Shown: positions 50,187 to 62,605, numbered from the whole stretch's first letter. The stretch is DNA of 62,605 nucleotides, filler included, from Rhabdomonas costata (GCA_019059605.1; 25 parts of 25 records of this genome joined end to end with filler, not necessarily neighbours in it), one strand, 5' to 3'. The notes: a model not told the origin generated them from the sequence alone. A program made the numbers and translations.

Positions 50187-52329
50187 GGTGGGGGGGTGCA
50201 CCGACACCGACACCACCTCTGCGCCGTGCCCAGCAAGCCGGGCCACGGGTTGGCGGCTCTGCAGGTCCCACACATGCACGTAGCAGTCCTCCGAGCCAGA
50301 AACCAGTAGCTGCCTCCGCTCTGCGCTGACGAGAAACTCGGCAGGAATGCAGAACCGGTGGTTGCGGTGGCCCCCGTACACGGCCACTGGTTGCGCCACG
50401 TGGGGCAGAGGCTCGCTCTGACCTTGAGCGCTGCTGCTGCCGCCGCTGCCACTGGCTGTCGGAGGTGCCCGCGAGAAGAGCCTGTGGCGGCCGTCCGAGG
50501 ACGAGACCACGACAAACTTGGAGTTCGGGGAGAAGGCTGCGGAGGTCACAGGGATGGGCTGCTTGGTCCCAGACCAAAGGGTGAAGAGGGTTCTCTGTAG
50601 AAGCCCTAGTGCAAGGGTAAAAGCACACACAGAAGAAAGCAGGCCAATGCATCAAAACTGTGCCAGTTGAACAAAATGTGTCCAGTGTGACCAAAAGCTA
50701 CCTATTCATTGGAAGAGGGCCTCTCGTTTTGGCACGTGGACATCCCGAATGAATGTATCAACGCAACGTGGTGTACGACATCAAAGCAGGACCGCTGCAG
50801 CGGCAACTGCAGCGCATGTAAATTCAATGAAAAGGAAGAAACCCTAAAAAAAAAAACTCGGAGAAGCAATCCAGACATGAAAGAGAAGAAAAACCCAACC
50901 CTAAAATAAACGAGCGTCAACAAAGTCAGGCAGGACAGCTCAAGAAAGCATTGCCCTTTATCCAACCAAGAGCGAATCGCGTCGGTGGGTGGGTGAGAGT
51001 TAACGCACCAGTGGCAGCCTCCCATAGGCAGACGAGGCCATCAAAGGACGCTGAGAGCACGGTGAGGCCATCCCCGCTAAAGCCCACCGCGGTGACCGGC
51101 TCACTGTGCGCTAGCAGCCGCCTCACCTCCTTCGCGGTGGTGCAATCCCATAGCCGAACGGAATCGTCGAAGGAGCCCTGAGGTATTTATTATTGACCCT
51201 GATGGTAGTGGTGGTGGAGTGAGCATTGGAAGTGCGGAGCCGAAGCAGTTAAACTATGCATCTCATGCCAGCGTCTTCCACTTTTGACGGCCCATCTGTG
51301 ATCAACTTTGCGTGCAATTTCCAAGCCCACTGCTCTTCTGTCCTAGCAATGTCCGTTTCTGGCACCTGATGGACTCAGTCCCTATGCTGGCATTAACATT
51401 GCAAGATCACCTGCGTAACTGTATATACTTAGCGCACCCCCCCTCCGCAGTGCGTAACTACTTCGACACGACTTGAGGTTGCGCAAGAGGATACTACAAA
51501 ATGAACTTTTCTTTTCCGAAAAATGCTTTCAACTGGAAACTGAGATCCACATTGCCGTCATCTTTTACTGGGGGACAAAGTGGGGAGTGGGGAAATCGAG
51601 CGCAGACCGACACGATTCGGGAGCTGTTGCGGGGGTGAAAGGCCACACAGAAGGCATGGTTCGTGTGGCCCTGACACACTCCCAGGATGGCCCCGCGGAC
51701 CCAGTCCCACAGCCGCAGGCAGCCGTCCTCGGAAGCTGTAGCCAGCCTGACGCAGTCTGCAGACCAAGCCACGGCGTTGATCCCTGTGAGAAAGAGATCT
51801 CTCTCCTTGCTTTCCGAATTCGTTTCTCCGCCTTAAACCCTACACAACACAGTCGCGTCCATCCGCATATTGCCTCTTGTGAATAATTGCTTGTTTGATG
51901 CTTCGTGCAGCTGACATTGAACCAACACTTTGCCCTTATCTGAAAAAAGGTACCCATATATTTAAAACCCATGTATTTACACACGCTAATCGTGCCTCAT
52001 GAAAATGCCAGAGAACAGAAGGGCGGTGGTCTGTCAGTCCTTAGTGCTCGCTAAGATCCACGCAGAAGGGACACAAGTCACAAAAACTTGGGCCACAGGC
52101 GGATATGGTGAGCGGCTTACAAACCTTGCTCCTCTTTCAAGCTCTGAACGCAATCGACCTCTAGGGCATCATACACGACCACGGTGCCGTCGGCCACGGC
52201 CACGGCAAGCCACGCTCCGTCCGCCGAGAACCTTACACATGACGCACCCGCCGTCTTACCCTCGCCCCCACCACCGGCACCATCTTTCACCACAAAGCTG
52301 CGGTGGGTCACGAAAGTGGGAGTCGTCGT
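50187..52329 (-). CDS. WDR5: WD40-repeat protein, WDR5/Swd3-like; exons 52329-52125, 51783-51608, 51177-51009, 50605-50187
   Basis: GINAVAWSAD, GHTNHAFCVAF, SGSFDDSVRLWD, AHSEPVTAV, FSPNSKF, YGGHRNHRFCI and VSGSED follow the WDR5 repeat order. Confidence 0.85.
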
Positions 52330-52692
52330 CTAATAACAGGAAGTAAAAGCTGAGAACAGGAAAGGCGGTGGGAGAGCGGGCACTTGGAACTGAGAACAGT
52401 GAGCAATACTCTGCCAAGACGAAGATCACAGAAAAACTGAGCTCTAAAGCAAATAAATCATTTTTTGCCACTCCACGAGGTCTTTCCACTGGGGGCGTCC
52501 TTTCTTATAAAAACTGGCAGGGTATTGCTCAAGATGAGTTTTGCAGCAATGAGAGGACCTTACCAGGACAGCACCTGGGTACAACCCACAAANNNNNNNN
52601 NNNNNNNNNNNNNNNNNNNNNNNNNNNNNNNNNNNNTTAATTAATTAANNNNNNNNNNNNNNNNNNNNNNNNNNNNNNNNNNNNNNNNNNNN

Positions 52693-54489
52693 CTCTGCTT
52701 TTTGCTGAAGCCCTTGATCAGCGCAGCCCCCATAGTTGGAGCTATGCAGGTGTTCTTCGCCAACCCACCGCGAATGGAGAGCACCTTCACCGGGCTTGCC
52801 AGTCTTGCCAACTTTCCCAAGTTCAGCACATCCATTTCTAGGGTTATTAACGCTCAACTCGCCAATGCCATGGTGGTTCCCCACCGATCTTTCTTGAAGC
52901 TGGGCGCGGATACTTCCGCGGTCGATTTGTTCTTCAGCAGCGCGGTCGTCCCTGAGGGAGTCCTTCGTGTCACGGTTCGCTCTGCGCACAACCTGAGAAA
53001 CGCGGACATATCCTGGCCTTGCACCCCATGGAAGGAGAATGTCTCGGACCCCTACTGTGTGGTTACCCTTGGGGCTGACCGCTTCACCACAGTCACCATT
53101 GATGATAACCTGAATCCCGTTTGGTCGTCCCAAATTCATGACTTCGTGGTTTGGTCGAAGCACCAAACCCTTACTGTGGCTGTTTACGACGAGGTTAGAT
53201 GAGTTCTGTGTATCTTTGCCTTTTTCTATAGTTGTACCCACTGGTTGGGACAAAAAAGTAACCGCCGCATTTAGCCGTGTTTAATTCTTATACCTTGCAT
53301 TTGTTAGATTCTGATCTGTCTTCGTACGTTGAGTACCAGCTTTTCTCTTTCATTTCCGAGGGGAGGAGGTACAGCTGTAATGAATGGGGTGAGTGGGTGG
53401 CCTTTGTTTCAATTTTTATTTCTGTCTTCAAGCCTCTTCAAGGTTGTATTTCATTCCTTCCTTCCTCCCACTGTACTCGGCATTGCGCAAGTTTTAATTT
53501 GTTCGGTGTGCTATCACTATTTCCGTAATATCTTCAGGACTATGGACTGGATGACAGCTTGGGTGATGCCACCACCAGTGTCGGGAACATTATTCAGTCC
53601 CAGGGATATGTCACTCTCCCCCTGAGTGACCAAGGGAGCGTCGTGATCAGTGGGGAGTGGTGGGAGGCGCTTCCCAGCGTGGAACGCCCGGCAGGATTGA
53701 GTGAGGTTCCCACGGACTTCCCTGTGGCCGTGCTTGTCGTGATGCTGCACCAGGCCTTCCATCTCGTGGTCAGCTCTGCAGCTGGGGTGAAAATGCGGGT
53801 GGGGTGCAACGGAACCCACCTTGAGTCCAAGCAAGTGAGCAGCTTCAGCCAGACCTGCAGCCCGACTTGGCAAGAAGCGCTCTACTTCGTAGTGAAAGGA
53901 TCTGGCCCGCTGGAGATCACCTTCGAGGTTTGCCTTTGCTGTGAATGTGCCGTACGCTCTTCTCTTTTGCACGTCGTCCATCCTTTCTCTGCTTCCATCA
54001 GCTTCCTTTCCTCCAGCTGCCTTCTTGCATTGCTGGGAATTGATCTGCCAGTTCAGAGCGGGTCAGATGCCCATTTCCAAATTCCCTGGTTTCTCCCGCA
54101 GTGGGCACTGCACCTAGCGTTCGTGAACGTAACTCGTGAACCGTTGCCGCTTCCTCATTCCTCATTCTCATTCTTTGATGGTGTATTCCTTTTAGCCTTC
54201 CTATTGTTTGCTCCTCTCATGTGGCGCCTTACATTTCATATACAGTAAAGACCTGTGGATTGAAGAGAAGGGTCGAAAGACCGTCATTATATTTGGGTTT
54301 GTCTCTGCATAGGCCATTGAACGAGTGAACGAGTGCATTGGTCGTGGTGGTATGGTGTTACCGTCCGTGTTTGGGCGCACCTCACTTCACGGGCAATGCA
54401 TCCGCTTGGAAGGGGAAGGCTGCTATCCAGAGACCTCGCTACGCGTACAGCTTGCTTTTCGTGGGCTCCGATCACACCGGGTGGTCTGA
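52693..54489 (+). CDS. Extended synaptotagmin-like protein (SMP C-terminus, C2A, C2B), 3' part; exons 52693-53193, 53538-53927, 54313-54489
   Basis: LKPLISAAPIVGAMQVFFANPP (SMP), PEGVLRVTVRSAHNL..SDPYC..NLNPVW..VYDE|D (C2A), second C2 completed by the last exon AIERVNECIG..LRVQLAFRGL; TGA at 54487-54489. Confidence 0.9.
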
Positions 54490-54824
54490 GAGTGTAAGAG
54501 ACAAAGAAGAGGCAAAGATGCCTCTTTCTCGGTTACGGGCACGAAGTTTTTTCCCGTTTCGTTTCGTTTTGCCCGTGACTCGATTTACTTTCTAGTAACG
54601 TGCGGTTCTTTTTGTCCCGCTTGGGGTTTGGGTCTGCGTGTGCACTGCCAGGTTTTTGAAAGTGGTTTTTCCTTGGGCCCGTAGCAGGAGTATTTTCCAG
54701 CTGCTCACGGCTGGCCTTCAACTCCATTACTCCACCGTGACTGTTAACTGAATGGAATCATATATATTTTTCCAGATCAAACGGTTGCTTGATATAAGTG
54801 GATTCGAGGCACAACAAGTGTCAC

Positions 54825-55060
54825 CCCTCTTTCGCCCCCAGCAGCTGTGCGGCAGTGAGATAAACAGTTTCTGACGTATGAAAGTCCAGCAGTTGGCAAC
54901 CCTTGAAGCCATGGATGAATATCACGGGAGGGGCAACTTTGTCCTTATGTTGCTTGGAAGACTGCCCGTCTTCCGGGGCTCGGTTTCCACGGCGGCGGTA
55001 CAGGAAGAAGGCACCACCGGCAAGTGAGCACAGCACAGCACATGCAGAACCGAAGTGCAT
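54825..55060 (-). CDS. First exon of an LCAT/lipase-like alpha/beta hydrolase with N-terminal anchor
   Basis: MHFGSACAVLCSLAGGAFFLYRRR..PPVIFIHGFKGCQL matches the PV(I/V)xxxGxxGSxL start of LCAT-family proteins; candidate donor GTGAC at 54824. Confidence 0.65.
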
Positions 55061-55098
55061 CGGGAAAAATGTAACTAATGAAAAGGAAAAAACACAAC
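55061..55098 (-). promoter_or_regulatory. Candidate splice acceptor (probable SL trans-splicing site) 14 nt upstream of ATG
   Basis: Minus strand reads GTTTTTTCCTTTTCATTAG|TTACATTTTTCCCG-ATG. Confidence 0.5.
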
Positions 55099-56112
55099 NN
55101 NNNNNNNNNNNNNNNNNNNNNNNNNNNNNNNNNNNNNNNNNNTTAATTAATTAANNNNNNNNNNNNNNNNNNNNNNNNNNNNNNNNNNNNNNNNNNNNTG
55201 TGGGGTGGGTCTGGGGGGGGGGGCTCCCAGCAACTTTCCAAGGGTTAGGGAGACTTCTCTTATGTGCAATTTAGCGTAGAAATCTCCCTAGAGACGCTGA
55301 CATTTTTTTCACTCCTACTGTGCATTAAAAGTGGTTGCTTTCAGTGATTCCTTCCGGTTTCTCATTGAACTTCCTTGGGCCGGGATTCCGAAGGTATGCC
55401 ATTTATTTTTTAGAGTCTCGGGACACCAGGCAGTACTTGTTGCCCTCCGAAATTCGAGCCTTTACACTACTAACCCGCCCAAGGTGCAACAAATGCCAGA
55501 GTCAAAGTTTCTTTTCCGATGTTTTTGCGTTGTTGTCTTTTTTTTTTGCGTTTGATATGTTCAGTGTTTGGTCTCAAATTTAACATACTCTATTGCTATC
55601 GAATGAGATGTGGAGATTTCCGTGCTTTCAAATCAGATTTTTTCCATAAACAGGATGAGAGGGACCCAATTCCACACGTACCCTTCATCATAACCCATAA
55701 CTAAAGCGGGATACCAGATCCGCCTCAGCGGAACGACATCAGCTTGCATTTCATCTGCTCTCTTGCAGCGATTCCTTTTCCTAAAACCTTACAGCTTTAT
55801 ACATTTATTAGAATTTTTTCAGATTTTTATAACTTCACCTCGGGTCAAAAAGGGCTAAAAGGCGGAAAGTTCAGAATAGTCGTTTAGAAGCACAAATTCA
55901 TTTGGAAGGATACCACACAAATTTAGATTTGGAAAAGAAATAAGTTTACGGTGACCATTGACATAAAAAAGAAAACATGTCCGCCCGCCACCATTTCTGA
56001 AAAAACGCGAAACTCCATTTCAACTTTTTTCGCATTTTTCGCATTTTAAAAAATTTTGCAATTGAAAAAGTGGCTTCCAACGTGTTCCACCCAAAAACGC
56101 TCAACCCATACC

Positions 56113-57554
56113 TCGCCTTTCCCGCAGAAGACTTCCGGCACACAGCTCATGAACAGGCACATGGCCACACACAGGGACGGCATCAGGTACGGGACAACCG
56201 GAACCATCCAAACACAGCTGCCGCCGCCACAAAAGGGGGGAAAACAAACCAACCCCTACGGCCGAAACCAGAAGACGAGGGTGCTCGCAAGAAAGTCAAG
56301 AGAACGGTTTCTCCGCGCTTCTCCTCTCCTCTCTTCTCGACCCACCCCCTTCCCATTGATGCTCCTCTCGTTTCCTCAAGTGGCGTCACGGAAAAGGTCG
56401 GTGCAAGGTCTGTGAGAGTTGCAGATGGGATTGAGGTGGTGGTGGGGAGGTCTGTGTCCTAAGTTTATGTACACTACGAAAGGGGAATGGTATGGGGAGA
56501 AGACAAGCCACACAGAAAAACACACAGAAAGAGAAAGAGTAAGACGAGGGTTTCATCCACTTCATCCATGCTGGGAGGGGGAGGGGTCAACATCACACAT
56601 CCATAATACCACATGCTTTGAACGAGAAGCGGGACAACAGTGTGGAGGGACGGCTGGGCCGTCTTCGCTTCCGCAGACGGGTGCAGGTTGTCAAATGGTG
56701 GCCCAGGTTTTTACGGGCCGGACGTCCTGCATGCAAAAACAGACGTCGTACCAAATGCAAAACATCTTCTGAAAGCACTATACTTCGTCAACACCGCATG
56801 AAGAACCTGAGAACTTCGCTGCGTAAAACACGGCCCGGAAGTGGTAACGCCCCCTAGATAGATGGTTGTTTTTGCTAGGCAGCTGAAAACTACTGCTTGA
56901 CAAGGACTTGTCAATGGCTGAGATATGACCGGACGAGAAGGACAACGTTAGTTTCGGCGCGAAGGCCAGTCCGCGCCGCCGCCGAAGAGGTCCGCTGGGG
57001 CGGGGAGGTGACCTGGAGGTCTTTAAAGACCTTTTAAAATGTGTTAACATAGAAAAATTGTTACCACTGGAAACTGTTACAACTTCCCACCTACTACCAA
57101 CTGCCATTGATTGCACGCTCCGCTTTAAGAAACGCGAAGCCAGTGAAGCAAGAGCTCAGAAGTAGAAGCACAAACAGCGCACACCCATACATCACTCATC
57201 GAATACTTCTGGTGAGCGTTAAATTTCTTCTGGGGAAAACCTAAGATCCTCTTCAACACCCCTTTCTCAGTCCACAGGGGAGGCTGGCAGAGAATCCTGT
57301 ACTGTTGTTGTGCAGGGAACCGGTGCCTCGAGGCTCACGACGAATTAATACGGGGATAACCCGTGCATGCACTGTGTGCTGGGGATATCTTTTTTATTCA
57401 TCCTTTATACTTTCAAACCTCGCTGTCCCCAATAATCCAAGGGTCTCGACCCCACACACACGTCGGGTCGGGCGCTGCAAGACACACTTGGACGGCCGCA
57501 GGGGGTCGGCATTCCTCTTCCTGCACAACTCGTTGCGGTACTTCTCCGGAACAC
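56113..57554 (-). CDS. Possible multi-exon hypothetical protein
   Basis: CAG..GT-bounded coding-like segments VPEKYRNELCRKRNADPL and CVWMVPVVPYLMPSLCVAMCLFMSCVPEVFCGKGE; model unresolved. Confidence 0.3.
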
Positions 57555-57719
57555 CTGCGGGTGCCCCCACAGTCACACCAAAAGGAGTACAAAACAACCC
57601 NNNNNNNNNNNNNNNNNNNNNNNNNNNNNNNNNNNNNNNNNNNNTTAATTAATTAANNNNNNNNNNNNNNNNNNNNNNNNNNNNNNNNNNNNNNNNNNNN
57701 TCCTTGCTGCCCCATGCAG

Positions 57720-59838
57720 GCGAAGTTTCTTGAGGACCTCACCGTTGAAGAGAAGGCCAAGGAATACCTGCCCTCGGGACTGACCAACATGGGAAACACC
57801 TGTTATCTGAACGCCACATTGCAGACCATTCGTGTGGTGCTGCTATTTCTTTGCTTATCGTGAAAGTGCTGAAGCGTGTTCAAGTCTTTCCCATTCTCCT
57901 TTCCCTGACAGCTTCCAGGAAATGGCAGCCTAAACGTTTGGCACTATTGGAATGCACAATGGAAATGCAAAACTTGCAAACACAAGCTTAATTTGGACTA
58001 TCTATAAAAATAGACTGCGGTACTTCTGTTTCGGTCTCTTCAGCTTTTAAACGGTTTGCTTGAAAAAGCTGCGAAAGTCTTTTTTGCTCCCCCCTCCCCC
58101 CACGAAGAAACGCGTTGTACGTGAAAAGTATGAAAGCACCTGGGATCTTGGGCAGCGGGGGCTTTGCTGCACGCGAGACACCATCTCCCAACCCTGCAAA
58201 AGCCTTGCTTTCGGTTTCTTGCAGATACCGCAGCTTCGAGAGGCTCTGGCCAGGTTGTGCTCTTTTCTGTGCGCACAGTACGAATCATTTGTCTCTCCTG
58301 CATATTTCAATGCCGACTTGCCGCTTCACAGCTTTCGTCCCCAAGACAACGGTAAGGAGGCGCAGACCACCATTGCTTTGCGAGAGCTCCTGCGTCAAAT
58401 GGATAACACCCCGGAAGCCGTTACACCACAAATCTTTGTGACGCTGTTTCGTGTGAACTACCCGCAGTTTGCCCAGACCCAGGAAGGGCACTACATGCAG
58501 CAGGTTGGCCTTTTTCACCTTTTGCTGATGGGGAAAATTGCTCAAAAATAGTTCATGTAACGTCAATTCACGTCTGTGCAAGTGACGAGTGCTGCAGAGA
58601 GCGAAGCACAGAAGCATGGCGCGCAAGCAGGAAAGCGATTTCAAAACGGAAGCAATAAATTACATAGAAATGAGACAGAAAGCAAGAGCAAGGTTTTTTT
58701 TCAGGATGCTGAGGAGTGCTGGACGCAGTTGATGAGCGCATGCGCCATGAGCACGTCTTCTTCAGGAGGGTCCAGTAATCCCGTAGATGACCTATTTGGT
58801 GGCGCCACCTCTGTGACGTATGCATCATGCTTACACTCTCAACTCTTTTCTGCCTTTCTCTTGCTTTCCAATTTCCATCTGTGAGCTCCCCTCGCAGTGT
58901 TCCGAAGAATTTTTGCATCCATCCATGTGCTCGACGGTGGTTTTTCGACCATGGGGTTATTGCAAGAGCTCTCAGCATTAGTTACTTATATTTTCAAACG
59001 CCATTGGTTTTTTCCGTTTCTGAGCTTTCCTATACAACCCACCCTTGGGTGAGTACAAGTCGCTCCTGTCCTGACTTTGTTTGACTTACTGTTGCTGGAG
59101 TTTGGTTGTGCTATCGCAGGTTGCGTGATTGTACGTAGGGCGGGGGGAGGAAGTCGTGAGAATTGAAGCTCACGAGGGCTCTGCTGGGACACGACGCAGC
59201 TCACTTGCTTCTTCGAACGCTTGGTAACTTACTTATATAGGTTCAAGTGTGCCGAGACGGACGTGGAGCCAGAGCAGCAATCCGAGGAGCGGTTTCGACG
59301 GCTGCAGTGCCACATTTCCAGCCAGAGCACTTCGCTCGAGAACGGCCTGCAGGAGGTTGTGGGGGGATGGGTGACTTTGGTTTGAATCTGAACCCTTGGT
59401 TTTCACAAAAAAATCCCCAAGCTCTGGGCTGGATCTCTCACGTTTGTGAGTGACAGCTGCATTCATCTCTGGGTCGTCCGTTTGCATATCCCGTTCCCCT
59501 CCCCGATGTGACAAAATCCCTTACCATCCTGTGGTGAACGCTAGGGTAAGGCACAATGAAAGTGAAAGTGATAGTGATAGTGACAGTGATTTTTTTTTCA
59601 GTATTTCGATTTTTTCGCAATAACTTACCAGCAGTGTGATTTTGTTGAATAGAATAATCTGCGAAGAAAGGAAGGCCGAAAAGCTGGGGGGATGGTGTTG
59701 CACAAGCACCTGCTTGTCTTGACCTTCCCTCAGGGAATGAATGAGAAACTTACGAAGGCCTCTCCTGCACTGGGCCGCGACGCGGTGTACTTGAAGTCGA
59801 GCAAGCTGCAGACTTTGCCCGAGTTCCTATGCGTGCAA
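57720..59838 (+). CDS. USP14: Proteasome-associated deubiquitinase USP14/Ubp6, internal fragment; exons 57720-57836, 58225-58253, 58332-58503, 58705-58817, 59241-59355, 59734-59838
   Basis: [24 protein letters not shown] (Cys box), [51 protein letters not shown]. Confidence 0.93.
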
Positions 59839-60968
59839 GTCAACTTGCTTTACATACCCTCACATATAGTAAAGATAATCTTTTCTGATCAGTGGTAACC
59901 TGTCGCTGCTGGTTCTTTTTTCACCTTTTTTCTTCCAACATTATCTTGGATCAAAATTCGCGAGAATGTCATTAAGACCATCTCAAGCGAAAACCGCCCT
60001 TGTTGAGCCCATCATGACACACACAAATACACAACAGACAGAAAAGGTTAAATGCTGCGGTGGGGTGAAATCAAGTGGCACCTTGGGACGAAATAGCAAG
60101 TGGACNNNNNNNNNNNNNNNNNNNNNNNNNNNNNNNNNNNNNNNNNNNNTTAATTAATTAANNNNNNNNNNNNNNNNNNNNNNNNNNNNNNNNNNNNNNN
60201 NNNNNTGTTTTTTTTGACGGCAGCCCACAAAGTGTTCTGGGTACGCAAAAAAGACAATACAATGATGACAATACAACAATAAAGGAACACAAGAGGCCGC
60301 TAAGTTACCGGGGGAGAGGCATGAGCGTGTGAAGGGGAGGGACAGGGAAGGAGAGGGAAAGGAGGAAGAAGCGGTGCGCAAAAATAGACGGCGGGAGGAT
60401 GAAGGACAGATAGCGACGGCAAGAGCTAGAAAAAGTATACTGCTTATGGAACGAGGAAGGCGCACGACGAGAGAGATGCAAAAAGGAGTCCTTGAAAGGA
60501 GTTCTTTTGGTGATGCTGGTGGTTGCTGCCAACCGTTTGATGAAGGAAAAGGTCTCTTGCACCATGCGCCCGTAGTTTTAGTGACCACAGGGACGAATCC
60601 CCAGCCGGTTACCCAACACAGATCTGCCTTCTTGACGTTCTTGAGAAGAGCACGTCTCTCGGCTGCCGCGCTTGTCTTCTTTTTTTTGGAAATAAATGGG
60701 GTTCGTTGTGACTGCCGTTACGGCAGTCTCACCTGCTGGCCTACTGGGGGGTATGAATATCAATTGAAAGCCGCCAAGGTGCACACAGACCGGCCGAGGG
60801 TAAGAACTGTCGCGTTGAAGTCTTGTGCACAAAAGTCCCTCCCGGCCTGCTTCGTCTTCGCCGATTACCTGGACTGTGTAAGCTGACACCATCTGTTTTG
60901 GGCATCCCCCATACAGTCAAAGCCAACGCATCCTGCAAGCGGAATTTTCTCTGGGGTTGTACCTTCAG

Positions 60969-62560
60969 ATTGTGATGGAGTACATGAATGCCGGCACGGT
61001 GGCCGCGCTGGTACGCTCCGGAGGCCCGTTCCCGATGGACATCCTCGCCGTGGTGACGCGGCAGGTTACGCGTGGGCTGGAGCACCTCCACGAGCGGGGA
61101 ATCTTGCACCGCGACCTCAAGCCCTCGAACCTCCTGGTCAACCGCAGCGGGTCCGTGAAGATCGCAGACTTCGGGGTGAGCACCGGGGTGAGTCAGCGCA
61201 AGGCTGTGGAGACCAGGATCGGCTCCACGGCGTACATGAGCCCTGAGAGGATCCGCGGCGAGAGCTACGGCGCCGCTGCGGACATCTGGAGCCTGGGCGT
61301 CAGCTGTGCGGTATGAGGAGGCCAGCGGTGGGGTTGAAGGGTTATGAAGAACGATTTCCCCAAGATACGTATTGCTGTCCTCGCAGACTTCTCTTTATTC
61401 ACATTGCTTTCTTTCCTAGGGCACTTATGGGGCAACCGTTGTGCATGACCATGTGAACCCAAAAACCGCAGAAAATTCAGTGCTGTTCGCCACTGTCTCA
61501 AGTCCGAAGTGACATTCCTTTACCGGGATTCGTTTTTTATTTTCCTTCCCGGAGGCTGTGGTTAAGTCTGGGTCCGGAGCATTCCCATATCCTTGCGTTA
61601 CAGCGGGGTAAACAGCCGCCGAACCTCGGCAGTGGGCAAGTTTCCACCAACAAAATGAACAAAATGGTCAGTGAGATAGTGCTGTGGGTTGCCATTCTCG
61701 GAAGTAGTGGAAGAAGAAAAAGGCTCAAAATATGTACAACACTGCAGCCATAAGAGGACCTTCCCAGTGTTGAAATACACACATTGATGGGTTGCCATCA
61801 ATTTGTGCTCCGATGGTCTTCCCCTTCCCCTTCGTGTTCGTGTATTCTGAAAGAGAGTATGGAAATCCGTAACACTGACACCCGATTTCTTTTACGCACT
61901 CGCTCTCTGTGTGGATGATTTTCCTTGCCTTTCTTCTTCCTGTATTTATTTTGTGGTGACTCCTGCTACTGCAAGAACTTTTGTGAACAGTTACCCGCAA
62001 CTTTGAGGTCTGTTCGGTGAGTCTCTGGATGACTCTCAGGAGTGTGCCCTTGGGGTGTTCCCGTTTGTGTCGGAGGACGTGCAGTTTACGCCAACTTCCT
62101 CCGCGGAGAGCCCCTTTGCGTACTCCATCAACATGTTTGACTTGGAAGCGTATGCCCCTCTTTATTTTGCGATACAGTTGCAGGTCCAGCCTCTGCAATC
62201 ACCATGCCATCTCTCAGCGGCCGACCTCACGTTTTGGCAGCAGAGTCCGAACCCTTGCTGGAACACTTCCTCTCCGCCCCTTTGTATCTTTTTTCGTTTG
62301 GTTTTAGGTGGAGGTTTTAAGATGAAAACGCCAAAGAAAGAAAGCACAATTTGGGAAACCGTGTATAAAATGGGATCCTCTTGGAAACCTTGGAAACGAG
62401 CGCAGGATCCACGGGGTTTCTCTGGGGTTTCAGAACGGCGGTTGTTCCGTCCCTTCCCTTGTCTTCGGTCTGCCTTCAGGATGATTGCGGAGGACCAGGT
62501 GGCGATCCCTTGGGAACAGCTCACCCGGGCCGTGACAAAGCTCTCCACCACCCCCACCAC
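60969..62560 (+). CDS. STE7/MAP2K-like kinase fragment; exons 60969-61310, 62040-62149, 62480-end
   Basis: MEYMNAGT, HRDLKPSNLLVN, KIADFGVS, GSTAYMSPERI, DIWSLG, ECALGVFPF. Confidence 0.92.
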
Positions 62561-62605
62561 CTCCTCCGGCTCTCGCCGCGGTCCTGCCTGGCGCACACCA
62601 CCCCC

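Noticed and set aside
2409-60205. Regularly spaced TTAATTAATTAA motif resembling a repeat array, and ORFs ending in X..LIN
   Set aside because: Artificial six-frame-stop linker inside N spacers. It is not biological, and ORFs crossing it are artefacts.
1-62605. Apparent gene cluster (PKS, hydrolases, histidine kinases, MAPK-cascade kinases)
   Set aside because: The genes lie on separate size-sorted contigs, so adjacency carries no linkage information.
1-62605. Euglenid-type non-conventional (non-GT-AG, stem-forming) introns
   Set aside because: I looked for them, but every homology-anchored junction is explained by GT-AG or GC-AG.
1-62605. rRNA, tRNA or CRISPR arrays
   Set aside because: None recognised by eye; a covariance-model search would be needed to exclude small RNAs.

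Overview
This window is not one continuous locus. It is 25 unrelated contigs of about 2.4 kb each, joined by artificial 100-nt spacers (44 N + TTAATTAATTAA + 44 N), so gene neighbourhoods are only meaningful within a contig. The DNA is from an intron-rich eukaryote. Splice donors are GTNYG-like with essentially no GTAAG, GC donors occur, and polypyrimidine-AG signals sit just upstream of start codons. This points to a euglenozoan (euglenid- or diplonemid-like), which is an inference. Fold-back ends on two contigs suggest whole-genome-amplified material. Hand splicing recovers partial genes for a C69 dipeptidase, an alpha/beta hydrolase, HIS6, an Ig-like surface protein, a type I PKS module, a caspase-fold protein, ARL2, a CocE/NonD hydrolase, two sensor histidine kinases, a mitochondrial carrier, an LRR protein, MAP3K- and MAP2K-like kinases, WDR5, an extended synaptotagmin, an LCAT-like lipase and USP14/UBP6. 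Decayed Ty3/gypsy fragments and microsatellites are also present. The most notable observation is an intronless PKS module with an intact KS but a full-length AT that has lost its catalytic Ser, His and substrate-binding Arg, a possible cis-to-trans-AT intermediate. Also notable are near-intron pairs between the two histidine kinase paralogues, a homology-required GC-AG intron, an apparent nested E-Syt/LCAT gene pair, and a caspase-fold protein whose catalytic His depends on splice choice. All family calls are from motif recognition by eye, without database searches.
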